The position numbers and the translations under genes are program-made. A model generated the notes under the pieces. The model saw only the letters and a program-made list of their open reading frames with translations, searched no databases and was not told the origin of the DNA. DNA of 33,752 nucleotides. Source: an uncultured Chlamydiae bacterium (GTDB lineage: Bacteria; Chlamydiota; Chlamydiia; Chlamydiales; SM23-39). The stretch is from NCBI GenBank assembly GCA_937899275.1, contig CALBPE010000025.1, positions 1 to 33,752 on the forward strand, written 5' to 3'. Of the stretch, positions 9,338 to 19,143 are shown piece by piece; the stretch's first letter is position 1, and the number at the start of each line of letters is the position of its first letter.

Positions 9338-9357
9338 GCAAAGTAAAGGAGACATCT

Positions 9358-10149
9358 ATGAAACGCCTCAAAAATCAAGTGGCGCTCATCACAGGGGCGT
9401 CAAAAGGTATTGGCCTTGCAATTGCCGAAATCTTTGCCAAAAACGGCGCTTTTTGCATCTTAAGCGATATCGATCCACTAGGAGAAGAAAAAGCGCGGGC
9501 TTTAGGATCTTCTCACAGTTATATCCCCCTTGATGTATCCAAGCCAGAAGAGTGGCAAAAAGCAATGGAACACGCCGAAAAGATGTTTGGTAGACTCGAT
9601 ATTTTAGTGAATAATGCGGGGATCACAGGCTTTGGGGTACAAGATCCTGAACACCTTTCTTTAGAAGATTGGAGAAAAGTGCATAGCATCAATTTAGACG
9701 GCGTATTTTTAGGTTGCAAATACGCCATCCAGATGATGCGAAAGCAAAAAAAAGGTGCGATCATCAATATCTCTTCTCGCTCAGGACTAGTGGGAATCCC
9801 TGGAGCTGCTGCCTACGCATCTAGCAAGGCAGCTGTGCGCAACCATACAAAGTCTGTGGCCTTATATGCGCAGCAAGAGGGTCTTGATATCAGAGCAAAT
9901 TCGATTCATCCAGCAGCTATTTTAACCCCTCTTTGGGATGCGATGCTTGGCTCTGGAAAAAACCGCGCGGCGCATATAGAAGAAATTGCGCAAAATATCC
10001 CCATGAAAAAAATGGGCTCACCTGACGATGTGGCTTACGCAGCGGTGTATCTCGCCTCTGATGAAGCAAAATACATTACGGGAACTGAATTGACCATTGA
10101 TGGAGGTCTACTTGCAGGAGCGGGCTCTTCACCTAAAAAAATGGATTGA
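9358..10149 (+). CDS. Classical short-chain dehydrogenase/reductase (3-beta-HSD/cyclopentanol dehydrogenase-like)
   Basis: TGASKGIG, NNAG, YASSK catalytic motif, NSIHP, ITGTELTIDGG. Confidence 0.95.
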   Translation: MKRLKNQVALITGASKGIGLAIAEIFAKNGAFCILSDIDPLGEEKARALGSSHSYIPLDVSKPEEWQKAMEHAEKMFGRLDILVNNAGITGFGVQDPEHLSLEDWRKVHSINLDGVFLGCKYAIQMMRKQKKGAIINISSRSGLVGIPGAAAYASSKAAVRNHTKSVALYAQQEGLDIRANSIHPAAILTPLWDAMLGSGKNRAAHIEEIAQNIPMKKMGSPDDVAYAAVYLASDEAKYITGTELTIDGGLLAGAGSSPKKMD

Positions 10150-10396
10150 GCTTTAAACAGTACAAAAGTAGATCAACGAGCGTTTTCTTAAGTTTTTGTT
10201 TATTGGAAATAAGCGATTTACTCTCCCCTCTTTTTAAAGTAGATGCTTTGATGGAAATGATCATCTAAGTAGATGATACTCCACTTCTTAAATGCAATAG
10301 CGCGTAAATAAAAAAGTCATTTTTAGTTACGTAGATTTAGCTGTACAGCTATTTTTCTCTCAGATAGAATTATTCCTTTTAATTACAGGGTAAATT

Positions 10397-11488
10397 ATGT
10401 TCAACAAATTCACATTGTCTATAAGCAGCCTCGCAGCGCTTCTTCTTTTTTCTCCCCTTTCTGCAGAAGAGGCTGTAAAAAAAGATCTCCCCACAAAAAG
10501 CCCCATTAATGAACAAAACGATCCTAATCCTTCTTCAGAAATCGCTTCCATCGATATCGGTTCTTTAAAAGACTCTACTCAGCCTTTTTCTGCCCCTTCT
10601 GGAAAAGATGCGTTTTCTGTACCTCAGCCTACATTGCAGACTCCTTATAAAAGCCCGACCGTTGCAACTGCTTTATCTACAATTCTTCCAGGTCTTGGCC
10701 ATCTTTATTTAGAGGAGTACTCTACTGCAGCTGCTCTTTTTGGAACCGTTTCAGCAAGCGCTGTTGCCGCCGCAGATCCCTTCGATGCGAATACTTCCAC
10801 AGAAGGTATCATTGTAGCAAATCAATCCTATACCTATGGCATCTACGCTGCTTATCGCGATGCGCGAATTTTTAACGGCCTTGACACATACCGCTACAAA
10901 ATGCCAGTAGATAGCTTCAGCGATTTAGCTTACGCTGCTTTTTCTCCAAGCGTGCTGAAAAAGCCTACCGTTTGGGGAGGAATTGTAGGCGGTTTAACCC
11001 TAGCTTACGTTGTCACAAGGATAGGATATGGAGAAACTTGCCTATCTCCAATAGCTAACGCGCCGGCTGCAAATGATATTTTTTCTAATAACCCAAGCCC
11101 GTTATTTCCTTTAACTGCATTTTCTGTAGGGATTGGAGAAGAAAGCTTTTTTCGAGGCTACTTGCAATCTGCAATCATAGAAGAAACCAACCCTGCGGTA
11201 GGTATCGCTTTATCTTCCATCTTCTTTGGCGCAGCGCATATTCCAAATGCAGATGTATTAGATCCGCAAGATCGCTGGCGCTACTACAGCTTTTCTGTGC
11301 CGCTGATTACAGCGCTTGGCACCTATTTTGGAATACTCACCTACAACTCAGGATCTTTACAAGAAAGCGTAGCTGTACACTCTTGGTACGACTTTATCCT
11401 ATTTGCAGCTACTTTAGCTGATGCAAGGAATAATCCTGAGGCATCTTTGCGTATTCCACAAACCTTTGCGCTAAACCTCCCTTTTTAA
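10397..11488 (+). CDS. CPBP (CAAX protease/Abi) intramembrane metalloprotease with N-terminal extension
   Basis: EESFFRG, FGAAH and HSWYD motifs. Signal peptide, low-complexity linker and a TM2-like KSP..A..LS.ILPGLGHLY segment. Confidence 0.88.
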   Translation: MFNKFTLSISSLAALLLFSPLSAEEAVKKDLPTKSPINEQNDPNPSSEIASIDIGSLKDSTQPFSAPSGKDAFSVPQPTLQTPYKSPTVATALSTILPGLGHLYLEEYSTAAALFGTVSASAVAAADPFDANTSTEGIIVANQSYTYGIYAAYRDARIFNGLDTYRYKMPVDSFSDLAYAAFSPSVLKKPTVWGGIVGGLTLAYVVTRIGYGETCLSPIANAPAANDIFSNNPSPLFPLTAFSVGIGEESFFRGYLQSAIIEETNPAVGIALSSIFFGAAHIPNADVLDPQDRWRYYSFSVPLITALGTYFGILTYNSGSLQESVAVHSWYDFILFAATLADARNNPEASLRIPQTFALNLPF

Positions 11489-11853
11489 GCTGCTTTTTTC
11501 CTAGGGTGAGGACCGTTTGCTGGTTGATTTTTTGGCCACAGCACTTTTCTCGCCCAATAGTTTGCGCTCCAAGTATCATTTTTTGTCAGCTGACCTTCTT
11601 TATTCCGGATGTTTGCTGATCTTTTCAGATAGTTTTTTTTCGCCTCTTTACTGTAATTATGACCATATCCTTTCGCTCCAAAATGGACGATTTTCACATG
11701 TTTTTTCCCACCAATTATTTTCGTGGCAAGCACCATCATTTTCTTCTGCTTATTAGTTGACGGAATCGGCTGATTCAGCTCCCAAAGCCTACCTCTATAC
11801 CGATATTTTCCCTTTTCTTTATGTAAACTAGAAATATCCACACCTTTACTCAT
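11485..11853 (-). CDS. Small basic protein resembling phage/giant-virus unknown-function families (DUF5754-like)
   Basis: 122 aa, ~24% K+R. Pattern KKMMV..KIVHFGAKGY..KKNYLKR..WSANYWARKVLW. Confidence 0.7.
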   Translation of the reverse strand: MSKGVDISSLHKEKGKYRYRGRLWELNQPIPSTNKQKKMMVLATKIIGGKKHVKIVHFGAKGYGHNYSKEAKKNYLKRSANIRNKEGQLTKNDTWSANYWARKVLWPKNQPANGPHPRKKAA

Positions 11854-11931
11854 TAATAATTCTCTCTTTTTATTTTAAAAATAAAACAAAATATGATTAT
11901 TTTAATATAGATAGTTTAAAAATAGGGTTAT

Positions 11932-12312
11932 ATGAGTACAGCAAGAAAAGCCAACCCCAAGCTTTGGGAAAAGATCAAAAAACAGGTAACAGCATCTACG
12001 CAAGGTGGGAATAAAGGACAGTGGTCGGCAAGAAAAGCGCAAATCGCTGTACGTAAGTACAAAGAGTCTGGCGGTACATATATTGGACAAAAACAAAAAG
12101 ATAACTCGCTAAAAAAATGGTCTGATCAAGATTGGCAGTATGCTGGCAAAGAGAAAAAAAGCCGCTATTTACCAAAAAAAGCGATTCAAGCCCTTACCGA
12201 TAAGGAAAAAGCGGCAACCAATAAAGCCAAACGAGAAGGCACCAAAAAAGGGCAGCAGTTTGTCAAACAACCTAAAAAAGTCGCAAAAAAAACGGCAAAA
12301 TACCGAAAATAA
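11932..12312 (+). CDS. Small basic protein, DUF5872-like
   Basis: 126 aa, ~29% K+R. Signature NPKLWEKIK..GGNKGQWSARKAQ..YKESGG.Y..SLKKW..DW..RYLPKKA..L...E...TN..KR..GQQFVKQPKK.A.KTAKYR. Confidence 0.8.
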   Translation: MSTARKANPKLWEKIKKQVTASTQGGNKGQWSARKAQIAVRKYKESGGTYIGQKQKDNSLKKWSDQDWQYAGKEKKSRYLPKKAIQALTDKEKAATNKAKREGTKKGQQFVKQPKKVAKKTAKYRK

Positions 12313-12349
12313 TCTGCGCAAAAAAAGCGATATGCTCTAGAGTTTGTGC

Positions 12350-13381
12350 ATGAAATGGCTGTTTTTCCTCTGCACTTTTCCTCTGTACTTATTCGGGCAT
12401 ATCCAGTTTATTGCGCATAGAGAAGAGACGCATTGCCATTTTTCTTCTTTTGTTCAGGTATTAACAGATCAAGGAAAAAATGCGCGGTTACGTGTCGAAG
12501 ATCAAGTCTATGCAAAAAAAAGTGGTCTGATCCTACCTTCTTTTCAGCTAGAAGGAGCCTCTTATATCATCATCGATAGCAAAACCTCTACCCAAACCAT
12601 CCAACAGCTTAGAAAAAAGGCGCCTTTTGCGCTCATCTACCTCTACTATACTAGCCAAGAAACTAACCAAAAACTAGTACCGCAGAAAAGCTCGACTCTG
12701 GCCTATTCTGATGGAGTCTTAGTACAAAGCGCGTTGCCTAATCCCTACTTGCAAGGTATTTTCGGAAAAGCTTGCTGCCACTTAGGTTATTATCCAAAAA
12801 ATCGAATAGAAACAATTCAGCTATATAGAAAGGCCGCTAAAACCTCTTCGATGATCCAAAAAAACTACCGCGACATGCTTCCTGAAAAAAAACGGATTTT
12901 TGTCTATTTTATCGAAAAAGAAAATGCCGCGCTTTTACAAGACCTTACGGCATTTTCTGAGATGATTGAAAAAAATCCGTCTTATTTTCATGAATCGAAA
13001 GTACTGATACATCAGGATGCAAAAAACAAAGGCCTCTCTTCTATAGAAGAAAGGCTCAATCAACTCATCGAGAGACGTCCCAACATCGTGCAAAGATCTC
13101 CCTACTCTTTTATTGAAGCCTGCGCTTTAGCAGATGCTGTTTTATACAGCAGCTGTTCTTTTGCAGCTGATCTTGCCCTAGCCGGCCTACCTTTATACCA
13201 AGTAGGAGGCAATCCAAAAAGCCTTCTTGTACAAAAGCGTGTAGCGGTGCATATCAGACCGTATGATAGTCTAAAACCGCTTTTTTCTTATCAAAGGGAA
13301 ATCGAAATACCTTCTTTACTACAAGACCTAGGATATCTTGAAGACTGGCAAGATAGGCTCCTTGCTTTTTTCGAAAAATAG
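12350..13381 (+). CDS. Exported hypothetical protein, possible GT-B (glycosyltransferase-like) C-terminal fold
   Basis: Signal-like MKWLFFLCTFPLYLFG. The C-terminal CALADAVLYSSCSFAADLALAGLPLYQVG resembles the GT-B aD.v....S....ea...G.P motif. Confidence 0.55.
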   Translation: MKWLFFLCTFPLYLFGHIQFIAHREETHCHFSSFVQVLTDQGKNARLRVEDQVYAKKSGLILPSFQLEGASYIIIDSKTSTQTIQQLRKKAPFALIYLYYTSQETNQKLVPQKSSTLAYSDGVLVQSALPNPYLQGIFGKACCHLGYYPKNRIETIQLYRKAAKTSSMIQKNYRDMLPEKKRIFVYFIEKENAALLQDLTAFSEMIEKNPSYFHESKVLIHQDAKNKGLSSIEERLNQLIERRPNIVQRSPYSFIEACALADAVLYSSCSFAADLALAGLPLYQVGGNPKSLLVQKRVAVHIRPYDSLKPLFSYQREIEIPSLLQDLGYLEDWQDRLLAFFEK

Positions 13382-13417
13382 GTTTTCGGCAAAACCCTTC
13401 TCAATTATGGTAAAATT

Positions 13418-14875
13418 ATGAAGATTTTACTTACAGGAGCCAATGGATACATCGGCTCAAGACTTCTTCCTATTTTAGCGAGTAAAGGGCACACCGTATT
13501 TGCTCTTGTACGCGAGCCAAGGCGTCTGCACTTAGAAGAGTCTGTACAAAAAAATGTACAAGTTATCCAAGCCGATCTATTGCAGCCTACTTCCTTACAG
13601 CGCATCCCCCAGGAAATCGATGTCGCCTATTACCTAGTCCATTCAATGGCTGAGCCTAAAGAAGACTTTCAAAGATTAGATCAAAATGCCGCAAGGCATT
13701 TTGTAGAACGACTCAATCAAACAAACTGTAAACAGATCAATTATTTAAGCGGCATACAAGATCCCCATTCAGCATCAAAACATCTTGCATCGAGAAAAGA
13801 AGTGGAAGGCATCTTAAAAAAAGCAGAGGCAGCGACCACTATTCTTCGAGCAGCAATTATTGTAGGAGAAGGCAGCGCTTCTTTTGAAATCATGCGCGAC
13901 CTTGTGGAAAAATTACCGATCATGATTGCTCCTAAATGGGTCAAAAGGCTCTGCCAGCCTATTGCTATACGCGACGTTTTATACTATCTCGAAGGAGCTT
14001 CTCTGCAAGAAGAGATGTGGAACAAATGCTTTGATATTGGTGGACCTGATATCTTGTCGTACCGGATGCTTCTATTAGAAATGGCGCGTATTCGAGGGCT
14101 AAAGCGGTGGATCATCCAAGTGCCTATTTTATCTCCTAGGCTATCTTCTTACTGGCTTTACCTAGTTACTTCGACCAACTTTTTCTTAGCCAAGTCGTTA
14201 GTAGCTAGCTTGAAAAACGATGTGGTATGCCAAAACAGCTCCATACGCCATATTTTGCCTCAGCCTTGTTTATCCTACCAAGAAGCAGTAGAGCGCGCAT
14301 TTGATAAAATTGCACAAGGAGGCGTCGTTTCTAGATGGACCGACGCCGTTTCTTCAGGCAGAATGCCTATCGATTTCCTCGATCATGTAAAGCCGCCAAA
14401 AGAAGGCTGCGTTCGCTTACGTTTTTCTAAATTCTTCCGAAAAAATCACGAAGCTGTCTAAGCTTGCTTCACCGATTTTGGAGGAAAAATTGGCTGGTAC
14501 TATATGAACTGGGCTTGGGCAATTCGGGGAATGATCGATAAGTTGATCGGTGGAGTCGGCTTAAGAAGAGGTAGAGCTTCTAGAAAAACTCTGCGTATTG
14601 GAGATGCATTAGACTTCTGGCGCGTTCTTGTGATCGATCCAGAAAAAAAACGATTTTTACTCTATGCAGAAATGAAGCTTCCTGGAGAAGCTTGGCTGGA
14701 GTTTTCCATTCATAAAGAAGGCAAACAGTTTAGGCTAGTGCAGTCAGCGATTTTTCGCCCCAAAGGTATTTTAGGTAGACTGTATTGGTATGTTCTATAT
14801 ATTCCGCATGTGTTTTTACTGCAAGGCCTTGTAAAAGAAGTGTTAAAAAGGTCCACTCTTTATAAAAAAGGCTAG
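13418..14875 (+). CDS. YbjT-like atypical SDR (NAD(P)-binding) with C-terminal DUF2867-type domain, 485 codons, one in-frame TAA
   Basis: TGANGYIG, YYLVHSM, HLASR, LRAAIIVGEGSASFE. Continues in frame across TAA 14459-14461 as ..HEAV*ACFTDFGGKIGWYYMNWAWAIRGMIDKLIGGVG..DFWRV..AEMKLPGEAWLEF. Confidence 0.88.
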
Positions 14876-16119
14876 ACCCGGCATCTTGCCACAGAGCCAA
14901 TTTTTGCGTAGTAAAGCACATACAAATAGCAAAGAAGGGGGATAAAAAACGCCTTTTGAATCCCCATATGATCCGCACATACCCCCTGGATAAGAGGAAT
15001 AAGCGCGCCTCCAATAATCGCTGTACATAATATACCTGAGCCTTTTGCTGTGAAATTGTCCAAACCGCGGATTCCTAAGGTAAAAATCGTAGGAAACATA
15101 ATGGAGTTGCAAAGGCCAATGGCTAAAATGCTATAAGCAGAAATCCAACCGCTTGTCATGATCCCTAAAATAAGTAAGGTAGAAGCTAGAATCACCGCTG
15201 CCGTTAATAGTTTTCTCGGGGAAAATCGAAGTAAGATCACACAGCCGATAAATCGACCGATCATAGCCCCTCCCCAGTATAAAGAGACATAATGACCTGC
15301 TACAAAATGATCTACACACAGTATCAAAGGCTCTGATAAAAAATTGACTAAGAAACTGCCAATTGATACTTCGGCGCCTACATAGCAAAATACGGCAAGA
15401 GCGCCGTAGAGTAAGTGGGAAAATTGCCATATACTGTCGTGATGCTCCTGTTTTTTTTCTGGTTGAGGAGTATTGGGCAAGCGGGCCGCTTTTCTAGATA
15501 AATGCTCTTGAAACTCTTCGTACTGGTCTACTTGAAGATCGGGAAATTTCGATAAGATCACAAATACAGCTAAAAGAGCTAAGATCACAGCCATGGCTCC
15601 ATAAATATCATCAATTCCGTTGCCATAGCTTTTACCGTATAAAATCAATTGGCTACCAATTAAAGGACCTAGCGTAGTGCCAAGAGAGTTAAACCCCTGG
15701 GCTAAATTAAGCCTACTAGAAGAATTTGCCGCATCACCTAACAAAGCAACGTACGGATTGGCAGCGACTTGTAAAAGTACAATACCCATGGCTACAACAA
15801 ATGTGGCCACCAAAAATAGAGCAAACGAAGGCATATGCGCCGCTGGTAAAAACAAAAAGCTGCCAAAAGCTGCTGTAAGAAGGGCGATAAAAATACTTTT
15901 TCTATAGCCTAATTTCTCAATCACTTTTCCCGAAGGAATGGAAACAAGTCCATATGCGGTAAAAAAACAAAATTGCAGCAGCATAACAGAAACATAACTG
16001 AGGGAGAAAATCTGCCTAAAATAAGGCACTAGTATATCGTTTAATACCGTCAAAAAGCCCCATAGAAAAAAGAGGCTATTGACCGTGATTAATACAAGGA
16101 TTCGGGTTCTTTTTCGCAT
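14872..16119 (-). CDS. MFS glucose/galactose or fucose permease (GluP/FucP family)
   Basis: LFFLWGF, NDILVP, LQVAANPYV, RLNLAQGFNSLGT, YVGAEV, SIMFPTIF, AIIGGA. Confidence 0.93.
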   Translation of the reverse strand: MRKRTRILVLITVNSLFFLWGFLTVLNDILVPYFRQIFSLSYVSVMLLQFCFFTAYGLVSIPSGKVIEKLGYRKSIFIALLTAAFGSFLFLPAAHMPSFALFLVATFVVAMGIVLLQVAANPYVALLGDAANSSSRLNLAQGFNSLGTTLGPLIGSQLILYGKSYGNGIDDIYGAMAVILALLAVFVILSKFPDLQVDQYEEFQEHLSRKAARLPNTPQPEKKQEHHDSIWQFSHLLYGALAVFCYVGAEVSIGSFLVNFLSEPLILCVDHFVAGHYVSLYWGGAMIGRFIGCVILLRFSPRKLLTAAVILASTLLILGIMTSGWISAYSILAIGLCNSIMFPTIFTLGIRGLDNFTAKGSGILCTAIIGGALIPLIQGVCADHMGIQKAFFIPLLCYLYVLYYAKIGSVARCRV

Positions 16120-16128
16120 AGTTGCCTC

Positions 16129-17028
16129 TTATAAAACAAAAGTAAATCCCACCTGCAATAGCCCTGCCTTCATCGAGAATGTCGGAGTATCTTCGTATAC
16201 CTCTTGGGTAGAAGATCCGGTAATATCGAAAAGATCGAACTCTTTTCTCGGCCTAATAGACCCCATATCTACATAACTTAACCGGATATCCATCAAAACA
16301 TGCTGCTGTAAATAGAAAAACCATCCAGCAAATACCTCGTAGGCAAATCGTCCCCTGGTGGTTTTTTTTGTCACATCGCGGGATAAATCATCTGTGTTAT
16401 TGTACTGGGATATTGCAGAAAGTGTGGTATTAGCATAACCAACGCCGCCTCCAATGAAAGGAGCGATGAAATGCTGGTCTAGACCAAAAATTTTCGGTAG
16501 TAATACAGCAGACTCTAGCATACCTAACTGAATCTCTAGAGAGCCGAAGCCGTTTTGCGTGTAGAAAAAAGGAACATTATTTGCATGATTAAATACGGTA
16601 AAAGGAATTTCTGTAGATTGATAGGAAGCGCCTAGCCAAGCGTAGCCGTAAAACATCCATCCTGCAGATACTTCCCAAGAAAAAGAAAATGCATCTCGTC
16701 CGCTGTAGTGAGAATCAAAAGAGGCGCCGCTATAGCTAAAATTGGTATCAAAAGAAGGTAGAGTACTGCCTCCCACTCTACCACTGAAGAAAAACCCTTG
16801 TAAATCGTGTAGAGATTTTTTTTCCTCTACAGAAGGCTTTTGCCGGGCTCTTCTATTAAAAAGCTCTCTTCTTTGCCTTCCTTCTTCCCCTATATCTTTA
16901 CTAGCCTCTTCTTGATCTGCCACTGCTGCTAGCATATAAAAAATAGGCTCACTAGATTCTGAATTGATTGCTGATTCTGCGAAAAGCGCAGATTGCATCA
17001 GAAAGAAAATCGGTAGGATTTTTTTCAT
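16129..17028 (-). CDS. Putative outer-membrane beta-barrel protein (OmpA-TM/opacity-like)
   Basis: Signal peptide, PFIGGGVGYA, FAYEVFAG, MDIRLSYVDMG and a terminal amphipathic strand LLQVGFTFVL. Confidence 0.7.
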   Translation of the reverse strand: MKKILPIFFLMQSALFAESAINSESSEPIFYMLAAVADQEEASKDIGEEGRQRRELFNRRARQKPSVEEKKSLHDLQGFFFSGRVGGSTLPSFDTNFSYSGASFDSHYSGRDAFSFSWEVSAGWMFYGYAWLGASYQSTEIPFTVFNHANNVPFFYTQNGFGSLEIQLGMLESAVLLPKIFGLDQHFIAPFIGGGVGYANTTLSAISQYNNTDDLSRDVTKKTTRGRFAYEVFAGWFFYLQQHVLMDIRLSYVDMGSIRPRKEFDLFDITGSSTQEVYEDTPTFSMKAGLLQVGFTFVL

Positions 17029-17227
17029 ACAGTCCCTTTTAACTGCACAGTATAAAATCCACTTATTAATGAAAATGAATTTATTCAGTAAATAATTTGT
17101 ATACGGGCAAATAGTAGCGCGCTGTTTACAAATGACGCAAGATTCTCTTAATTTTACGAAATAACGAAAAAGCTAAGAAGGCTGGCCAAAACGAGCAGCT
17201 TTCAGTAGCCAAGAGATAAGGCGACTT

Positions 17228-18436
17228 TCAAAAAGAGCGAAGCTGCTTTGCTATACTCATCCGGCATACCTTGATCCCTGCAAAAAAAGAGGCGATTAAA
17301 GTGGAAATGATACTTAAACTTAAAGCAGTTACAGCCATTTTTTCCGTAAAAACAAATGCGATGAAAAACTGCTTGGTCTGTCCTGGTCCAGGGGGCATTA
17401 AGATCCCTTGGTGTAAGATGAAAGATGCGACAAGATAGGCAGATGCAAGACCGACAAACCCTCCAATTGTCCCTAGAAAAAGTCCTTCATATAGGACAAG
17501 TCGCATCACGTCAAATACCGACTCTCCATTAGCTCGAAGATTGCCGATTTCTTCTTTCCGCTCTAGTATCGAGGTCGATATGGTATTGAAAATACCTAAA
17601 AGTACGATGGTTAAAATAATGATCTGGATGATGTGGTATTGCGCATCTAACCAATCCATTGAATGTTGATACCAAATTTTATTGATTTCAGCAAAAGAAG
17701 CGCTTTCCAAAAAGGGAAATTGCGCTGTTAAAGACGCGCTGACTGCATCCCAATTTTTATGATCGTTTAAGCCAATGGAAATGCTTTCAATACGGCTTGT
17801 GCCTAAAAGGCTTTGCGCCGCTCCAATTTGGATCCGAAATACCCGATTATCAAAGTCTGCATTGCCCGTTTCAAATACACCAGCTACTTGAAAATAGCGA
17901 CTCCGGATCTTGCCGTGAATGGATTTTGTGTAGAAGCGGATCTCTTCACCTGGGTGGGCGTCGATCGCTTTGGCCAAACCTTTACCAAGTAAAATGCCAT
18001 TTGCTTGATCGGTCAAAGGCTCACCATCTACAATTTCTAAGCTTTGAAAAAATTCCGCCTCTTCGTCTGCATCAATCCCCTGGCCTGCTCCAGAAATCGA
18101 TTTTTTATGATGAACAAGCATGCCATTTATACTAACTCTGGGAAAAATATATTCTACTCCAGGTTGCTCGTATAAAAAATCTGCTACGTCATCATAGTTG
18201 GAAATCCACTCTTTCCAAGGATCTTCATAAGCGCTATCAAGATAGCCTTTAGTATGGAACTCCCCATTTCCTGAGTGAGAACGGATGGTGTTTTCTCGAA
18301 AGTCTTTTTGTACGCCTTGAATAAAACCATCAAAACAAAAAAGAGCTCCAGACCCTACAGCTATGGTGATTACGATGGCAAGTGTTCTTCTAAGATTACG
18401 GAAAAGATTACGAAACGCAAAATACATGATCTGCAT
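17228..18436 (-). CDS. ABC transporter permease (LolC/E, FtsX/MacB family)
   Basis: AFRNLFRNLRRT, ILLGKGLA, V.GVFETG, NTISTSILERKEEIGNLRANG. Confidence 0.92.
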   Translation of the reverse strand: MQIMYFAFRNLFRNLRRTLAIVITIAVGSGALFCFDGFIQGVQKDFRENTIRSHSGNGEFHTKGYLDSAYEDPWKEWISNYDDVADFLYEQPGVEYIFPRVSINGMLVHHKKSISGAGQGIDADEEAEFFQSLEIVDGEPLTDQANGILLGKGLAKAIDAHPGEEIRFYTKSIHGKIRSRYFQVAGVFETGNADFDNRVFRIQIGAAQSLLGTSRIESISIGLNDHKNWDAVSASLTAQFPFLESASFAEINKIWYQHSMDWLDAQYHIIQIIILTIVLLGIFNTISTSILERKEEIGNLRANGESVFDVMRLVLYEGLFLGTIGGFVGLASAYLVASFILHQGILMPPGPGQTKQFFIAFVFTEKMAVTALSLSIISTLIASFFAGIKVCRMSIAKQLRSF

Positions 18437-18441
18437 AGCCT

Positions 18442-19143
18442 TTATTTATCCCCTTGTTGTACGAGTTTCCCATCGAGTAAATGAATCTTCATATCTGCAT
18501 AGGAAAGCACCATGGGATCGTGAGTGGAAATGATCACAGACACCCCTTTTTCTACTAGTTTTTGCAAAAGATCCATCACACCTTTACCTGTAGTTTGATC
18601 TAAATTTGCCGTAGGCTCATCGGCTAAAATCACCTTAGGATTTTTGACAAGCGCTCTTGCGATAGCAACTCTTTGCCGCTGCAAACCTGACAGCTCAAAA
18701 GGTAATTTCTTAATATGCTTGGATAGCCCTACGGTATCAAGAGCTTCTTCTGTCCGTTTTTTTACCTCACTTTTAGGCCAGCCCATTCTAGAGATAAAAT
18801 ACGATACATTTTCCTCCACACTAAGTACGGGGATTAGATGAAACCTCTGAAATATAAAGCCGATATCTCGCCGCCTAATCTGGTTTTGTAACGATTTTTT
18901 CATCGATGAAAAAGGAGAGCCTAAAAATGCAATTTCCCCTTTTTGTAAAGGTTCGATCAATCCAAGCAAGTGAAGCAAAGTGGACTTACCAGAGCCTGAC
19001 GGACCAGAAAGGGTCACAAGCTTTTTCGCTGGAATATGCACATTTAAGCGATCTAATGCGCATACTTGGATAGATCCCATTGGATAGGAAAAGGATAGAT
19101 CTTTAATAGAAAAAAGGTGGGTATCTTGCAAAATAGTTCTCAA
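18442..19143 (-). CDS. ABC transporter ATP-binding protein (LolD-like)
   Basis: GPSGSGKST, GFIFQRFHL, signature LSGLQRQRVAIARAL (G->L variant), LADEPTANLD, STHD. Confidence 0.93.
   Translation of the reverse strand: MRTILQDTHLFSIKDLSFSYPMGSIQVCALDRLNVHIPAKKLVTLSGPSGSGKSTLLHLLGLIEPLQKGEIAFLGSPFSSMKKSLQNQIRRRDIGFIFQRFHLIPVLSVEENVSYFISRMGWPKSEVKKRTEEALDTVGLSKHIKKLPFELSGLQRQRVAIARALVKNPKVILADEPTANLDQTTGKGVMDLLQKLVEKGVSVIISTHDPMVLSYADMKIHLLDGKLVQQGDK

Noticed and set aside
11485..12312. Prophage
   Set aside because: No integrase, att repeats or structural genes flank the two basic genes.
17076..17087. TGAAT-TT-ATTCA as an ArgR box
   Set aside because: Half-site spacing is 2 nt rather than 4, and there are no arginine genes nearby.
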